Assembly (NCBI GenBank): GCA_029560465.1 | Contig: JAKQKX010000073.1 | Span: forward strand, 15,411 to 79,410 | Direction: 5' to 3' | From: Candidatus Omnitrophota bacterium | GTDB taxonomy: Bacteria; Omnitrophota; Gorgyraeia; Zapsychrales; JANLHA01 | DNA: 64,000 nucleotides | Shown: positions 19,383 to 29,000 of the stretch, in pieces | Layout of the letters: each line of letters opens with the position of its first letter | Numbering within the stretch: position 1 is the first letter of the stretch | Program-made: the position numbers and the translations under genes | The notes under the pieces: generated by a model | What the model saw: only the letters and a program-made list of their open reading frames with translations | Told to the model about the DNA's origin: nothing | The model's database searches: none

Positions 19383-19410
19383 GGTTAAAGGAATGTTAAG
19401 TTTTTGTAAA
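19383..19410 (-). promoter_or_regulatory. Pho box (PhoP/PhoB-type direct repeats) upstream of pstS
   Basis: Minus strand TTTACA-N5-TTAACA-N5-TTAACC with 11-bp period, matching Bacillus-type TT(A/T/C)ACA repeats. Confidence 0.75.
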
Positions 19411-19434
19411 ATTTTATGTGCGCGCCGGCAAAAG

Positions 19435-21246
19435 CTATGCCTTCGGAAGGGTAAACCAAAACCGGGAGCCGAAGTCTTCCGTGCTTTCCACCCCGACCCT
19501 TCCTTGGTGCTTTTCAACAATGTGCTTGACGATCGAAAGCCCCAGCCCCGTGCCCCCCAGCTGTCGGGACCGGGCTTTATCAACCCGGTAAAAACGTTCA
19601 AAAATCCGCGGGAGGTCCTTTTCGGGGATGCCTATGCCGGTGTCTTCCACGCACACCTTTACCTGGGAAGTCAAATCCTGACAAAAGATGATTACGGTCC
19701 CGTTGTCTCTGTTGAATTTAATGGCATTCTCAATGAGATTGCTGAAGACCTGATACAAATTATCCTTGTCGGCCAAGACAAAAAATTCAGGCGGAAGCTC
19801 GTTCTTGACGGTTAGACTTTTTTTCTGCCATTGAGGCCGCGCGTCGGCCAGGGCCGTGTCCGCCCAATAACGCAGGTTGTTTCTTTCCAGGCGGGAGGCA
19901 AATTCCTTGGACTCAAGGTGCGCCAGGGACAACAGATCATTCACCAGCGTGTGCAGTCGTTCCGCGTGGCTCTGAATAATCTTTAAAAAAGCGCGGTTAT
20001 TTTTCCGGTCTTCCAAAGCGCCGCCCAAGAGCGTCTCCACAAACCCCTTAATGGTGGTGAGCGGTGTTTTCAATTCATGGGAAACGTTCGCGACAAAATC
20101 CCTGCGCATGGTTTCCAGACGCTTGATTTCCGTAATATCATGGATCACGGCCAAGCACCCGTTAATAACCTCGCCCTCAAAAATGGGCGCCGCATTCATT
20201 TGGAACGTTTTTCGGACCGGCAAAACCAGACAAATTTCCCGGGACACGGATTCCCCTTCCCGCAAAACAGCGCCGATAATCTCGGCAATCTCATTATTGC
20301 GGATGGCCTCCAGAAAAGGCCGCCCCGCCACATCCCTGCCGGCGATCCCAAAAATCCTCTCAATCGCCGGGTTGATCGCAAGGATTCTCCCCGCCTTATC
20401 GGTGACCACAACGCCTTCGCCCATGCTGTTAAAAATAGCCGCCAACTGCTGATTGCGCGTGTTGAGCTCCTTTATTTTGTCTTCGATATGATGGGCCATC
20501 GTGTTTAAAGTCAGCGCCAGCTCGCTGATTTCGTCGTGGGAAACGGGAATGACACGGCAGCTAAAATCCCCCTCCGATAATCGTCGCGAAACCTGAATCA
20601 TGTGATTGATGGGCCGGATCGTCCTGGTAATAAAATATAATCCTAAAAAAAACACGAGGCCCAGTGCGATCAGCCCTCCGGAAACAACCGTCTTTCTGGT
20701 TATGTTTAAATTCCTTTCAACCTGTGTTAACGGGACAGCCAGCCTGACGGCCCCAAGGACCTGCTCCTGATCCTTAAGGGGAACGGCGACATAAAGCATG
20801 TTTTTTTTCAAAGTGAGCGAGTATCGGGCCTCAACGCCGATGGCCCCTGACAAGGCGGACCGGATCTCCGGGCGATCAAAATGGCTTTCCATTTCCGCAA
20901 TCTGTTTAACCCGTTTTTCTGAGTCAGCCAAAACCTTCCCCTGCTTTGAAACAACCGTAATCCGGCAACCGGCTTGAGCGCTTTGCTGAACCACGAAATC
21001 TTCCAACCGGCGGACGTCTTCATGAAGAAGGCTTCGCGGAAGGAGTTGATTCGCAAGCAGCCCGGCTTGGCTGACCAACAAAGTTTTTATTTCCTCCTGC
21101 ATATTTTCTTCGAGGTTCCTTTCCAGGAAAACAGCGACAAACCCAAATGAAATGAGAATAATGAAAAGACAGGATAAAACCAGCTTAAAAGTGAGGCTTC
21201 GAATGATTTTCATGGCGTGGAGGGAAAAATCACCCTTCGGAATCAA
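19435..21246 (-). CDS. phoR: Phosphate sensor histidine kinase (TM-sensor-TM-HAMP-PAS-HisKA-HATPase)
   Basis: DFVANVSHELKTPLT, NLIENAIKFN, DTGIGIP, FERFYRVDKARSR, GTGLGL; context. Confidence 0.93.
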   Translation of the reverse strand: MIPKGDFSLHAMKIIRSLTFKLVLSCLFIILISFGFVAVFLERNLEENMQEEIKTLLVSQAGLLANQLLPRSLLHEDVRRLEDFVVQQSAQAGCRITVVSKQGKVLADSEKRVKQIAEMESHFDRPEIRSALSGAIGVEARYSLTLKKNMLYVAVPLKDQEQVLGAVRLAVPLTQVERNLNITRKTVVSGGLIALGLVFFLGLYFITRTIRPINHMIQVSRRLSEGDFSCRVIPVSHDEISELALTLNTMAHHIEDKIKELNTRNQQLAAIFNSMGEGVVVTDKAGRILAINPAIERIFGIAGRDVAGRPFLEAIRNNEIAEIIGAVLREGESVSREICLVLPVRKTFQMNAAPIFEGEVINGCLAVIHDITEIKRLETMRRDFVANVSHELKTPLTTIKGFVETLLGGALEDRKNNRAFLKIIQSHAERLHTLVNDLLSLAHLESKEFASRLERNNLRYWADTALADARPQWQKKSLTVKNELPPEFFVLADKDNLYQVFSNLIENAIKFNRDNGTVIIFCQDLTSQVKVCVEDTGIGIPEKDLPRIFERFYRVDKARSRQLGGTGLGLSIVKHIVEKHQGRVGVESTEDFGSRFWFTLPKA

Positions 21247-21922
21247 ACCGATAACCGTAATTTTTTACCGTAATGATATGCCCGGCCGCGGCGCGGATTT
21301 TTTTGCGCAATGTCGTGACATGGACATCTACAGTGCGCGTCTGAATTTCGGTGGCGTGATCCAGGCCCCACACGGTATCCAGAAGATAATCCCGGGACAG
21401 GACCCGGCCCCGGGCCTGAATCAATGTTTTAAGTAGTTCAAACTCTTTAGCTGTCAGGTCAACAACCTTATCTTTAAAAGTAACCCTGATCCGGGAAAAA
21501 TCAATGGCCAAATCCCCGATCCTCAATATTTCCGGCGTCTGGCGCTGTCTTTGGCTGCGGCGTAAAACAGCCTTGATCCGGGCCGACAGCTCTCTCGGGC
21601 TAAATGGTTTAGTCACATAGTCGTCGGCCCCCAGCTCCAAGCCGACAATTTTATCCGCCTCCTGACTCTTGGCGGTCAGCATAATGATCGGAACAGCGGC
21701 CGTTTGGCCATGCTTACGAAGCTCCTGACAAACCGCAAACCCGTCCATGCCGGGAAGCATCAGGTCAAGGAGAATGAGGTCCGGCTGCCCCTGAACGGCA
21801 GCCCGGACCACCTCCTCGCCATTGGAAACCGCGACAGTACGGTAACCTTCCTTCTGAAGGTTATACTCCAACATTTTGACAATGTCTTTTTCGTCTTCAA
21901 CAATCAGAATGAGAACGTTCAT
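21230..21922 (-). CDS. phoB: OmpR-family response regulator PhoB/PhoP
   Basis: LDLMLPGMDG, GADDYVTKPF, RTVDVHV..LR.K, GYRF; start set at ATG 21922. Confidence 0.92.
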   Translation of the reverse strand: MNVLILIVEDEKDIVKMLEYNLQKEGYRTVAVSNGEEVVRAAVQGQPDLILLDLMLPGMDGFAVCQELRKHGQTAAVPIIMLTAKSQEADKIVGLELGADDYVTKPFSPRELSARIKAVLRRSQRQRQTPEILRIGDLAIDFSRIRVTFKDKVVDLTAKEFELLKTLIQARGRVLSRDYLLDTVWGLDHATEIQTRTVDVHVTTLRKKIRAAAGHIITVKNYGYRFDSEG

Positions 21923-22078
21923 TTTTGAAAGTTTGTGCCCACAGTTCATAATCCGGGTTTATTCTAACAGACATTTGCCGATCAACCAAACAATAGTCCC
22001 GGCCCGTTCGGCGCGAAAAACCAGCCCGATATCTTACCGAATGCTCGACCCTATCCCAATAGACGTGAACCAGCGCCG

Positions 22079-22762
22079 TCAAGGTTCTAAGGGCCTATTT
22101 GCTGTGCCTCCCGGATATCCCACCGACTGCGCCAAAAGGATCTTCTGATCATCCCGCAATTTCATCGCCGTGGCTAACGCCGGCTTATCAATGGCCCCGC
22201 GCACAACCGTCACCAATCCCGCAGAAGCACAATATAAATAGACGTTCTGCCCGATAAAACCCGCATCAGCCGCCGTATAAAAATCAACCTCACTTCCGGA
22301 AATCTTTCTGATTTTCGAAAAATCAGCCACATAAATCAGGTTGACCGGAACCTCTTTAACAAACGCCTGCCGGCCAGTTAAGCCTCTGATGTCCTCTCCG
22401 GAAACCGGCAGCAACACATTTTCTTCGGCGTCGAACAGATACACGCCGTCCGACTTGGCTACATAAATATCAATTTCCTGCATATTCATAACCGATGGCG
22501 CTGTCCGGCCCCCTGATTCCGGGCGGTTCATTCCGTTGGCCGCCCAAAGCAAATCTGAAAGAACCGGCAAAGGCAATTCTTTGGGGCTGAACGCCCGGGA
22601 ACTCCTTCGTTCCTTTAAGGCCTGCATCAAAGGCATGCCGCCGGTTGTCCGCGGGTTAAGAAGTTTTATCGGTTGAATTTCCTGCCCGGAAACCGGCGCG
22701 CCAGAAGCCAGCAGGGCAAAGGCAATCAAGGTGCTGACCAAACCGAATTCTGTCTTCATCAT
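22079..22762 (-). CDS. Nitroreductase/SagB-ThcOx-like FMN-dependent oxidoreductase with signal peptide
   Basis: ALKERRSSRAFS, LLWAANG, RTAPS, DAGFIGQNVYL, QSVGYP; RBS AAGGAGG before ATGATG (22762/22759). Confidence 0.88.
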   Translation of the reverse strand: MMKTEFGLVSTLIAFALLASGAPVSGQEIQPIKLLNPRTTGGMPLMQALKERRSSRAFSPKELPLPVLSDLLWAANGMNRPESGGRTAPSVMNMQEIDIYVAKSDGVYLFDAEENVLLPVSGEDIRGLTGRQAFVKEVPVNLIYVADFSKIRKISGSEVDFYTAADAGFIGQNVYLYCASAGLVTVVRGAIDKPALATAMKLRDDQKILLAQSVGYPGGTANRPLEP

Positions 22763-22791
22763 CCCTCCTTGTTTTTGGCCGCTTATACCGG

Positions 22792-23700
22792 TCACGCTCT
22801 TCCCAGGGGCGTTAGGAGCCCTTCTTTTATGGCTTTCTCTGCCGCCGCATATCCTGAATCCCATAAAAACGTCTTATCCGTTTCTGCAAGGTCAAAATCA
22901 ATGGTTGATATTTTACCCGTCGGAATGGGGATGGTCCTGGCCCACTTCGCTTCTTGCACATGCACCCTTTCGTGAGCGACCTGCATGGTTTCAAAAATGC
23001 GCAATAAATAGGCAAAAATATTGGCGGGGACTTTGGGCGCGAGGGTCTGTTCTTCCGAAATAAGCTTAAGCCCGATCGTGGTCGCGAGCCCTCCCTGATC
23101 ATTAAACGTGTCGATAGGGTAGTTCGCCAGGATACCGCCGTCGACGATAAAAGAGCCTTTATTAAAAAACCTCCCCCGAAAAAACAAAGGAAGGCTCATG
23201 GACTGGCGGACCGCTTCGGCGACTTCCATGTCCGGAGTGGCGTCTTTATCATACCGCACGAGGGTTTGATGAACGATATCCACAGCAAAAACACGGAGGT
23301 ACGTCTTAACAGACCGGAAATCGGTAACGCCTTTCTCTTTTAACAACCCCTTCATCCAGGCGTAAAAGGCCTCTGTCGAAAATAAACCATACCCGCCCCA
23401 ACGGCAAAAAACGGACCAGAGCCGGAACGCATTCTTGCTCAAAAAAAATCTACCCAGGCCCTGCCTGAACAACGACCGCATATCCGCGAAATCATTAAAA
23501 TCCTTATTCCAAACGATGTCTTTTAATTCGCCAACCAAATAACCCGCCGCCACCAGAGACGCGGTGATCGCACCGGCGGATGTCCCGGCCACGCGCCCCA
23601 ACACAACGCCCTCCTCCTCCAGCCGCTTTAAAGCGCCGACCAAGGCGATCCCTTTCACCCCGCCGCCTTCAAAGACCCCGTCAAAAAGCATGTTGGGCAT
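22792..23700 (-). CDS. Patatin-like phospholipase
   Basis: EGGGVKG, GTSAG, SMSLPLFF, VDGG; RBS AAAGGAGG before ATG 23700. Confidence 0.92.
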   Translation of the reverse strand: MPNMLFDGVFEGGGVKGIALVGALKRLEEEGVVLGRVAGTSAGAITASLVAAGYLVGELKDIVWNKDFNDFADMRSLFRQGLGRFFLSKNAFRLWSVFCRWGGYGLFSTEAFYAWMKGLLKEKGVTDFRSVKTYLRVFAVDIVHQTLVRYDKDATPDMEVAEAVRQSMSLPLFFRGRFFNKGSFIVDGGILANYPIDTFNDQGGLATTIGLKLISEEQTLAPKVPANIFAYLLRIFETMQVAHERVHVQEAKWARTIPIPTGKISTIDFDLAETDKTFLWDSGYAAAEKAIKEGLLTPLGRA

Positions 23701-23932
23701 AAAGGCCTCCTTTTGATTCCCAACCAACATCCATTTTAAACGGCAAGGATCAAGGAGCCTGTTTGCTGCCTCGCCGCCACGCGCACTCAAGGAAAATCAA
23801 TTTCAGTTTATATCATACGGCCCCTTTTAACAACCCTAAATCATCCGCCTCTTTATAGACGCCTAAACAGCTTCAGGGGTTTCCCCGCGGCCCGCGGCCA
23901 TATCGCCAAACGTGGGAGACAACACCCGACAT

Positions 23933-23962
23933 AAAAAATCCTGATTCTCAACGAGAACCAGG
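23933..23962 (-). terminator. Intrinsic terminator downstream of pfk
   Basis: Minus strand CCTGGTTCTC-gtt-GAGAATCAGG followed by ATTTTTT. Confidence 0.65.
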
Positions 23963-24061
23963 GTCTATTCCGGGCCCCGACCACTCCGATTTTATGCGAA
24001 AGGCTTTATCGCCCCTTCCTAGAAAGGAGCGGGAAAAATCCTTTTATTTCCATAAAAAGCG

Positions 24062-25354
24062 TTAACCAAAATTCGCCGGTTGGCCGGTCGAAGATAAAAC
24101 GCTGCGCCACATATCGCTGTCCAGGGAAATCCTCTGGCGCGAGGCTGTCGCCATCTCCATCGGGACATGGACAAACTGCCGCCTCAGGCTAACAATCATG
24201 TCCGTCCTGCCGGACATGGCCGCATGCACGGCATGACGCGCATACAAATCACAAAGTTTGCTGTCATCGGTGTTGGCGGCAACGCTGCGTATATAATAGC
24301 TGGGGTCAATATATTTCAGGCTGATCGGGATATTCTCACCGGAAAAATACACCGCAATTCTTTCTTTTAAAAACAGTCCGATATCCTTGTGCAAAACATT
24401 GCCCGAGGCATCCACCTCCCGGTTTCCGACTAAAAGATCCTGTCCCGCCCCCTCCGCAACCACGATAAGGGCGTGTCGCCTTTTTAAAATGCGTTCCTTC
24501 AGGAACACCAGAAACCCCCCTTCCCCGTCGACCTTGAACGGCAATTCCGGGATCAGGACGAAATTGACCTGTTGGCTGGCCAGCGTAGCCCCGGCGGCGA
24601 TGAACCCCGCGTCCCGGCCCATCAGCTTGACCAGGGCCACCCCATTGGGATAGCTTCTCGCCTCCGCATGCGCCGCGTCGAGGACGCCCCGCGCCCGGTC
24701 AATAGCCGTGGTCACGCCAAAAGAGCGGTCGACATAAAGGACATCATTATCGATCGTTTTTGGAACACCGACCACCCCTATCTTTAACCCCCTGCGGCGC
24801 GCCTCCCGGGAAATCTCTAACGCGCCCCGCTGTGTCCCATCACCGCCAATTGTAAATAAAACATCTATCTTCTGCCCTGACAAAAAATCAACGATACGCT
24901 CCACGGAGGGGGTGCCCCTGGAACACCCCAGAACTGAACCGCCCTGACGGTCAATCCCGTCGACATTTTGCGGAGTAAGCGCGGTCCAGGGCTTTAGCGG
25001 GCTCTCTCCCATCCCCTGATAACCGTAAGGAATCCCACAGATATCCCGCACGCCGTAATTATGGTAAAGCTCCAGCACCAGCGACCGGATCACATTATTC
25101 AAACCCGGACAAAGCCCGCCGCAGGTTACAATAGCCACGCGCATCTCGGCCGGGTTAAAAAAAATCTTCTCTCTGGGCCCCGCCTTTTCAAAGGCCAGGT
25201 CCTCATCCGCGCACTCCGCCCCGACTTCGATACGGTTCAAAACTCTCGAGCTCTCGCTGGTAAAATTTGGCAAAGCGTCACCCCTCACGTGATTAAGAAG
25301 GAGGGGCGAATCCACCATCCCTTCCCCGAGTTTCATAATCATGACATTTTTCAC
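24062..25354 (-). CDS. pfkA: ATP-dependent 6-phosphofructokinase (group X type)
   Basis: TCGGLCPG, GGDGT (Gly, ATP-type), PKTIDND, LMGR..GFIA, VAEGAG, IDPSY.IRS; GTG start 25354 behind AGGAGGAG. Confidence 0.92.
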   Translation of the reverse strand: MKNVMIMKLGEGMVDSPLLLNHVRGDALPNFTSESSRVLNRIEVGAECADEDLAFEKAGPREKIFFNPAEMRVAIVTCGGLCPGLNNVIRSLVLELYHNYGVRDICGIPYGYQGMGESPLKPWTALTPQNVDGIDRQGGSVLGCSRGTPSVERIVDFLSGQKIDVLFTIGGDGTQRGALEISREARRRGLKIGVVGVPKTIDNDVLYVDRSFGVTTAIDRARGVLDAAHAEARSYPNGVALVKLMGRDAGFIAAGATLASQQVNFVLIPELPFKVDGEGGFLVFLKERILKRRHALIVVAEGAGQDLLVGNREVDASGNVLHKDIGLFLKERIAVYFSGENIPISLKYIDPSYYIRSVAANTDDSKLCDLYARHAVHAAMSGRTDMIVSLRRQFVHVPMEMATASRQRISLDSDMWRSVLSSTGQPANFG

Positions 25355-25898
25355 AGGGCTCCTCCTTATCGTTCGCCTAGCCCCGGAGGTTGTTTGTACC
25401 AAACATAACCCTCCACGGCTTCTTTAAATCCCAAATCAAAAAACTTTCTCATCTCAACCAGGCCAAAAAACTCTTTGGGTTTCGACGCCGGGGCCTCTGG
25501 AATATACGCGAGATTAATCTCCCCGCTGCCGTTTTAGTAAAAACTTGTATTTAACACACGCCCGGGGCGTTGACCGTTGCGTCAATCGTGCGGTGGTCAG
25601 GGGCCTCCTTATAGAAAAGATCAACAGAACCGTTTCTTTATGACACAATTTTTGTATTGAATCTTAAAGGCGTCAAGCCCTTTTTCTTTAATAGCGTTCT
25701 CAAAGCCCCATAAAACATCACACAAAAAAGCAGTTATTTCATTATCCCGCCGCGCCTCGCTCGTGTTCTCCTCGAAAAACGCCACCCCGCGTTTTCCTGC
25801 CCTGACAACCGGATACAATCCTTTTCAAAAGAATCACCCGGAACGCCATTGACCGCGCGGATATCCTCCATGCCGTAAACCCGGGCGCTTCTGGATAT

Positions 25899-28800
25899 TT
25901 AATTAGCCATCCGGATGTTCCGCTTCAAGCACGCAGACAGTTTTTTTCGAAAAAGGTCAACAGCCCAGTAAGCCACCGGGGTGAAGATAAAAGTAAAAAA
26001 TATAGACGCAAGCAGGCCCCCCATCATGACCATGCCCATCGATGATTTGTGGGGCATGCCCGACCCCAACTGCGGCAAGACTCCCAGGACGATCGCCAGC
26101 GAAGTCATAATAATGGCGCGGAACTTGGTGGAAGCCCCCAGCCACAACGCCTCAACCACCGGCACGCCTTCCTTCATTTTTAATTCCGTATAGTCTAAAA
26201 GCAAAATCGAGTTATTAACCACCAACCCGACCACCATGACCATCCCCAGCATGGAGGCGATATTGATCGAACCGTCCAGGAAAAACAGGGTCAAAAAAAT
26301 CCCGATAAACGACGTGGCAACGGAAGAAAGGATAACGAGTGGGGTTGAAAAAGAATTCGACAAAGCGCACAGCAGCATGTACGTCAGGATCACGGCGAGG
26401 ATAAAGGCCTTGCCGATCTCCTGGCTGGATTCCGCCCCGCGCTCGGCCATCTCAACGTATTTATACGAATAACCCTTCTCAAACGGGATATCCTTAAAGA
26501 TCTCCTTATCCAGGAGGTTCATGACATACCCGGTGTTCGACTTGGCCAGATAACCCTCGAGGCGGATGGCCCGTTGCTTGTCCCGGTGGCGGATCATCGG
26601 GATGGACTTGTCATGTTGCAGCGTGCCAAGCTCGACCACAGGAACCATGCCTTTTTTTGTGATCACGTCGATCTGGCTGATGTCGTCCATGTCTTCGGCG
26701 TACCGATCATCCAGTTCGACGTTTATATCGTACTCTTCGCCGCCTTCCTTATAAACGTTATCGTCATTTCCGTAAACAGATGACCGGATGATGTCCCCGA
26801 TCACAATGTCCTGGATCCCGTGCTCAATCAGCTGTTTTTGGTCAGGGATGAACCTGACCTCGTTTTTAGGCGTTCGATAGGACGATTTAACTCCTCGGAA
26901 ATACCCGCTCTCCTCCATCCCCTGTTTCATCGCGTTGGACAGGGCGATCATCTTCTCATAATCCAGGCCGTAGACATCGATCGAGATGTCTCCCGCCATC
27001 ATACCCCGCGACTCACCCCGTTCGAGCATGATTTCCGCGTCGGGAATCTGCGCCACAAAAGGAATCAGTTCATTGATAATATCGGCATCACTGCGGGTCC
27101 TTTTTGAGGAAGGGACCAGGTTGATGACGATAGCGGAATTCTCAACGCCCTCTTCACCAATAGAAGTCAAATAAGACTCTTTTTCAGGGATATCCTGGAT
27201 GCGTTTCTCAACAATTTTCGTCACTTCCAGCGTACGGTCAATCGTTGATCCTTGAGGCATTTCGATCTTAACGGTAATTATATCTTCATCCCATATAGGC
27301 ATAAAATCGTTCGCAATATACGGAAGGATATGTTGCATGGAAAGGATCATGAGGGCGATCAGCCCGACCGTCGCTTTTGGAAACCGAAAAACAAGGGTGA
27401 ATATTTTCTGATATTCCTCTTTCAAAAAATCCATGGCCTTATTCGTCTGCGCGAACATCCAGAAGAAAGGATTCCTCGGACGCTTCTTCGCCGTGGCCGG
27501 GGCTCTTTTCCTCAACATCAGGCTGCACAACATCGGCGTAAGGGAAAAAGAAGCAAGGATGGAAAAGAGCGTAGCGAAGACAACGGTCAATCCGAAAGAC
27601 TGAAAAAATTGTCCGATCATCCCGCTCATGAACGCAATCGGCGTGAAAACGACAAGGTTCGTTCCGGCTGACGCCCAGATGGCCGTGGTGACCTCTTGGG
27701 TGCCGTTGATCGAGGCCTGGACATGGTCGTCGCCTTTGTCGAGATGCACCAGGACATTCTCAACGATAATGATGGCATTCGAGATCAAAGTCCCCAAGAC
27801 CGTCGCGATGCCCAAAAGTGTCATCATGTTGATGGTAAAACCGGAAATATCCATAAGAAAAAGCGTTGAAACAATCGACGTCGGGATGGCGATCGAAGTG
27901 ATGACCGTCAGGCTTGCGCGGCCGGTAAACAGATAAAGGATAACGACAGTTAAAAGGATCCCTGTCAAAATATTAAGATAGGTATCATTGGTCTCGGCGA
28001 TAATGAAATCCGTCGTGTCGGTCGCGATCTCAAGGGTGACGCCTTCCGGAAGCAGCCCCCGGAATTCATCAAGGAAGCGCCGGACCTGTTTGGCAATGTC
28101 AATGGCGTTCCCATCTGAGACCTTCTTGAGCGAAAGGCCCACGACATCCTTGCCGTTGAACCTTGCCATGGTCTCGACTTTCTTGAAGCTATCCTCAACC
28201 CGGGCGATTTCCTTTAAAGGAAAGCTTCGGCCGTCCTGCGAGATGACCGTCATTTCCGCAAGCTCCTGCGGGTTCTTGAATTCCCCTAAAAATCGCAGGC
28301 TCACGGCGGTGTTCCCTTTTTCAAGAAGCCCCCCCGGAACGTTTTTATTTTTAGCGGCGATACTATTGATGACATCGCGGATCGTGATATAACGCTGTTT
28401 CATCAGCATGGGATCCAGGATGACGTTGATCTGCCTTTTCTTCCCGCCGTAAATATCGACATTGGCAACGCCCTCGATGGATGAAAAACGGTCCTTCAGC
28501 TTTTTGTCAGCGAATTCATAAAGATCCCGGCCATCCAGCCTGTCGCTCGAAAGGACCAAATCCAGAACAGGGACCATCAGCGGATCATATTTGGCGATGA
28601 CGGGCTTCTCCATATCATCGGGCAGGTTGTTAAGGATCGCCTCCACCTTGTCTTTAACCTCGATGAGCTTGATATTAACGTCGGAGGACATTAAAAATTC
28701 CACAAAAACATAGCCGAAATTGTCATAAGACTGGCTCCTGACCTGCTTGATATCGGAGAGCTCGGCAACCGCGTCCTCAATCTTGTTGACGACCAGGGTC

Positions 28801-28973
28801 TCGATCTCCAGGGGTGTTGCCCCGGGGTACGTGGCCGTGACGGTCACGATCGGGAAATCGATCTCCGGCGTTTCTTCAACCCTAAGATTAAAAAAAGAAA
28901 CGAGCCCCAGCACAATAAACACGGAAACGAACATGATCGTCGTCACCGGTCGCCGGACAAAAAACTCTATCAT
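25899..28973 (-). CDS. RND efflux transporter (AcrB/AcrD/AcrF family)
   Basis: F.RRPV, YPGA.P..IE, AIP.S, VF.PI.F..G..G.FF, SLTP.L, FRAIIMT; 1024 aa. Confidence 0.93.
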   Translation of the reverse strand: MIEFFVRRPVTTIMFVSVFIVLGLVSFFNLRVEETPEIDFPIVTVTATYPGATPLEIETLVVNKIEDAVAELSDIKQVRSQSYDNFGYVFVEFLMSSDVNIKLIEVKDKVEAILNNLPDDMEKPVIAKYDPLMVPVLDLVLSSDRLDGRDLYEFADKKLKDRFSSIEGVANVDIYGGKKRQINVILDPMLMKQRYITIRDVINSIAAKNKNVPGGLLEKGNTAVSLRFLGEFKNPQELAEMTVISQDGRSFPLKEIARVEDSFKKVETMARFNGKDVVGLSLKKVSDGNAIDIAKQVRRFLDEFRGLLPEGVTLEIATDTTDFIIAETNDTYLNILTGILLTVVILYLFTGRASLTVITSIAIPTSIVSTLFLMDISGFTINMMTLLGIATVLGTLISNAIIIVENVLVHLDKGDDHVQASINGTQEVTTAIWASAGTNLVVFTPIAFMSGMIGQFFQSFGLTVVFATLFSILASFSLTPMLCSLMLRKRAPATAKKRPRNPFFWMFAQTNKAMDFLKEEYQKIFTLVFRFPKATVGLIALMILSMQHILPYIANDFMPIWDEDIITVKIEMPQGSTIDRTLEVTKIVEKRIQDIPEKESYLTSIGEEGVENSAIVINLVPSSKRTRSDADIINELIPFVAQIPDAEIMLERGESRGMMAGDISIDVYGLDYEKMIALSNAMKQGMEESGYFRGVKSSYRTPKNEVRFIPDQKQLIEHGIQDIVIGDIIRSSVYGNDDNVYKEGGEEYDINVELDDRYAEDMDDISQIDVITKKGMVPVVELGTLQHDKSIPMIRHRDKQRAIRLEGYLAKSNTGYVMNLLDKEIFKDIPFEKGYSYKYVEMAERGAESSQEIGKAFILAVILTYMLLCALSNSFSTPLVILSSVATSFIGIFLTLFFLDGSINIASMLGMVMVVGLVVNNSILLLDYTELKMKEGVPVVEALWLGASTKFRAIIMTSLAIVLGVLPQLGSGMPHKSSMGMVMMGGLLASIFFTFIFTPVAYWAVDLFRKKLSACLKRNIRMAN

Positions 28974-29000
28974 TTCAGGACTCCTTCATCTTAACGCTCT

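Noticed and set aside
22079-22762. SagB/ThcOx dehydrogenase as part of a RiPP cluster
   Set aside because: No YcaO, precursor or transporter; it has a signal peptide and only a single nitroreductase domain
22792-23700. Patatin as a CBASS CapV-type defence effector
   Set aside because: No CD-NTase, E1/E2, JAB or other defence genes nearby
25355-25898. ORF 25621-25818 or a structured leader upstream of pfk
   Set aside because: The ORF spans promoter-like sequence and has no motif; the hairpins match no riboswitch I recognise
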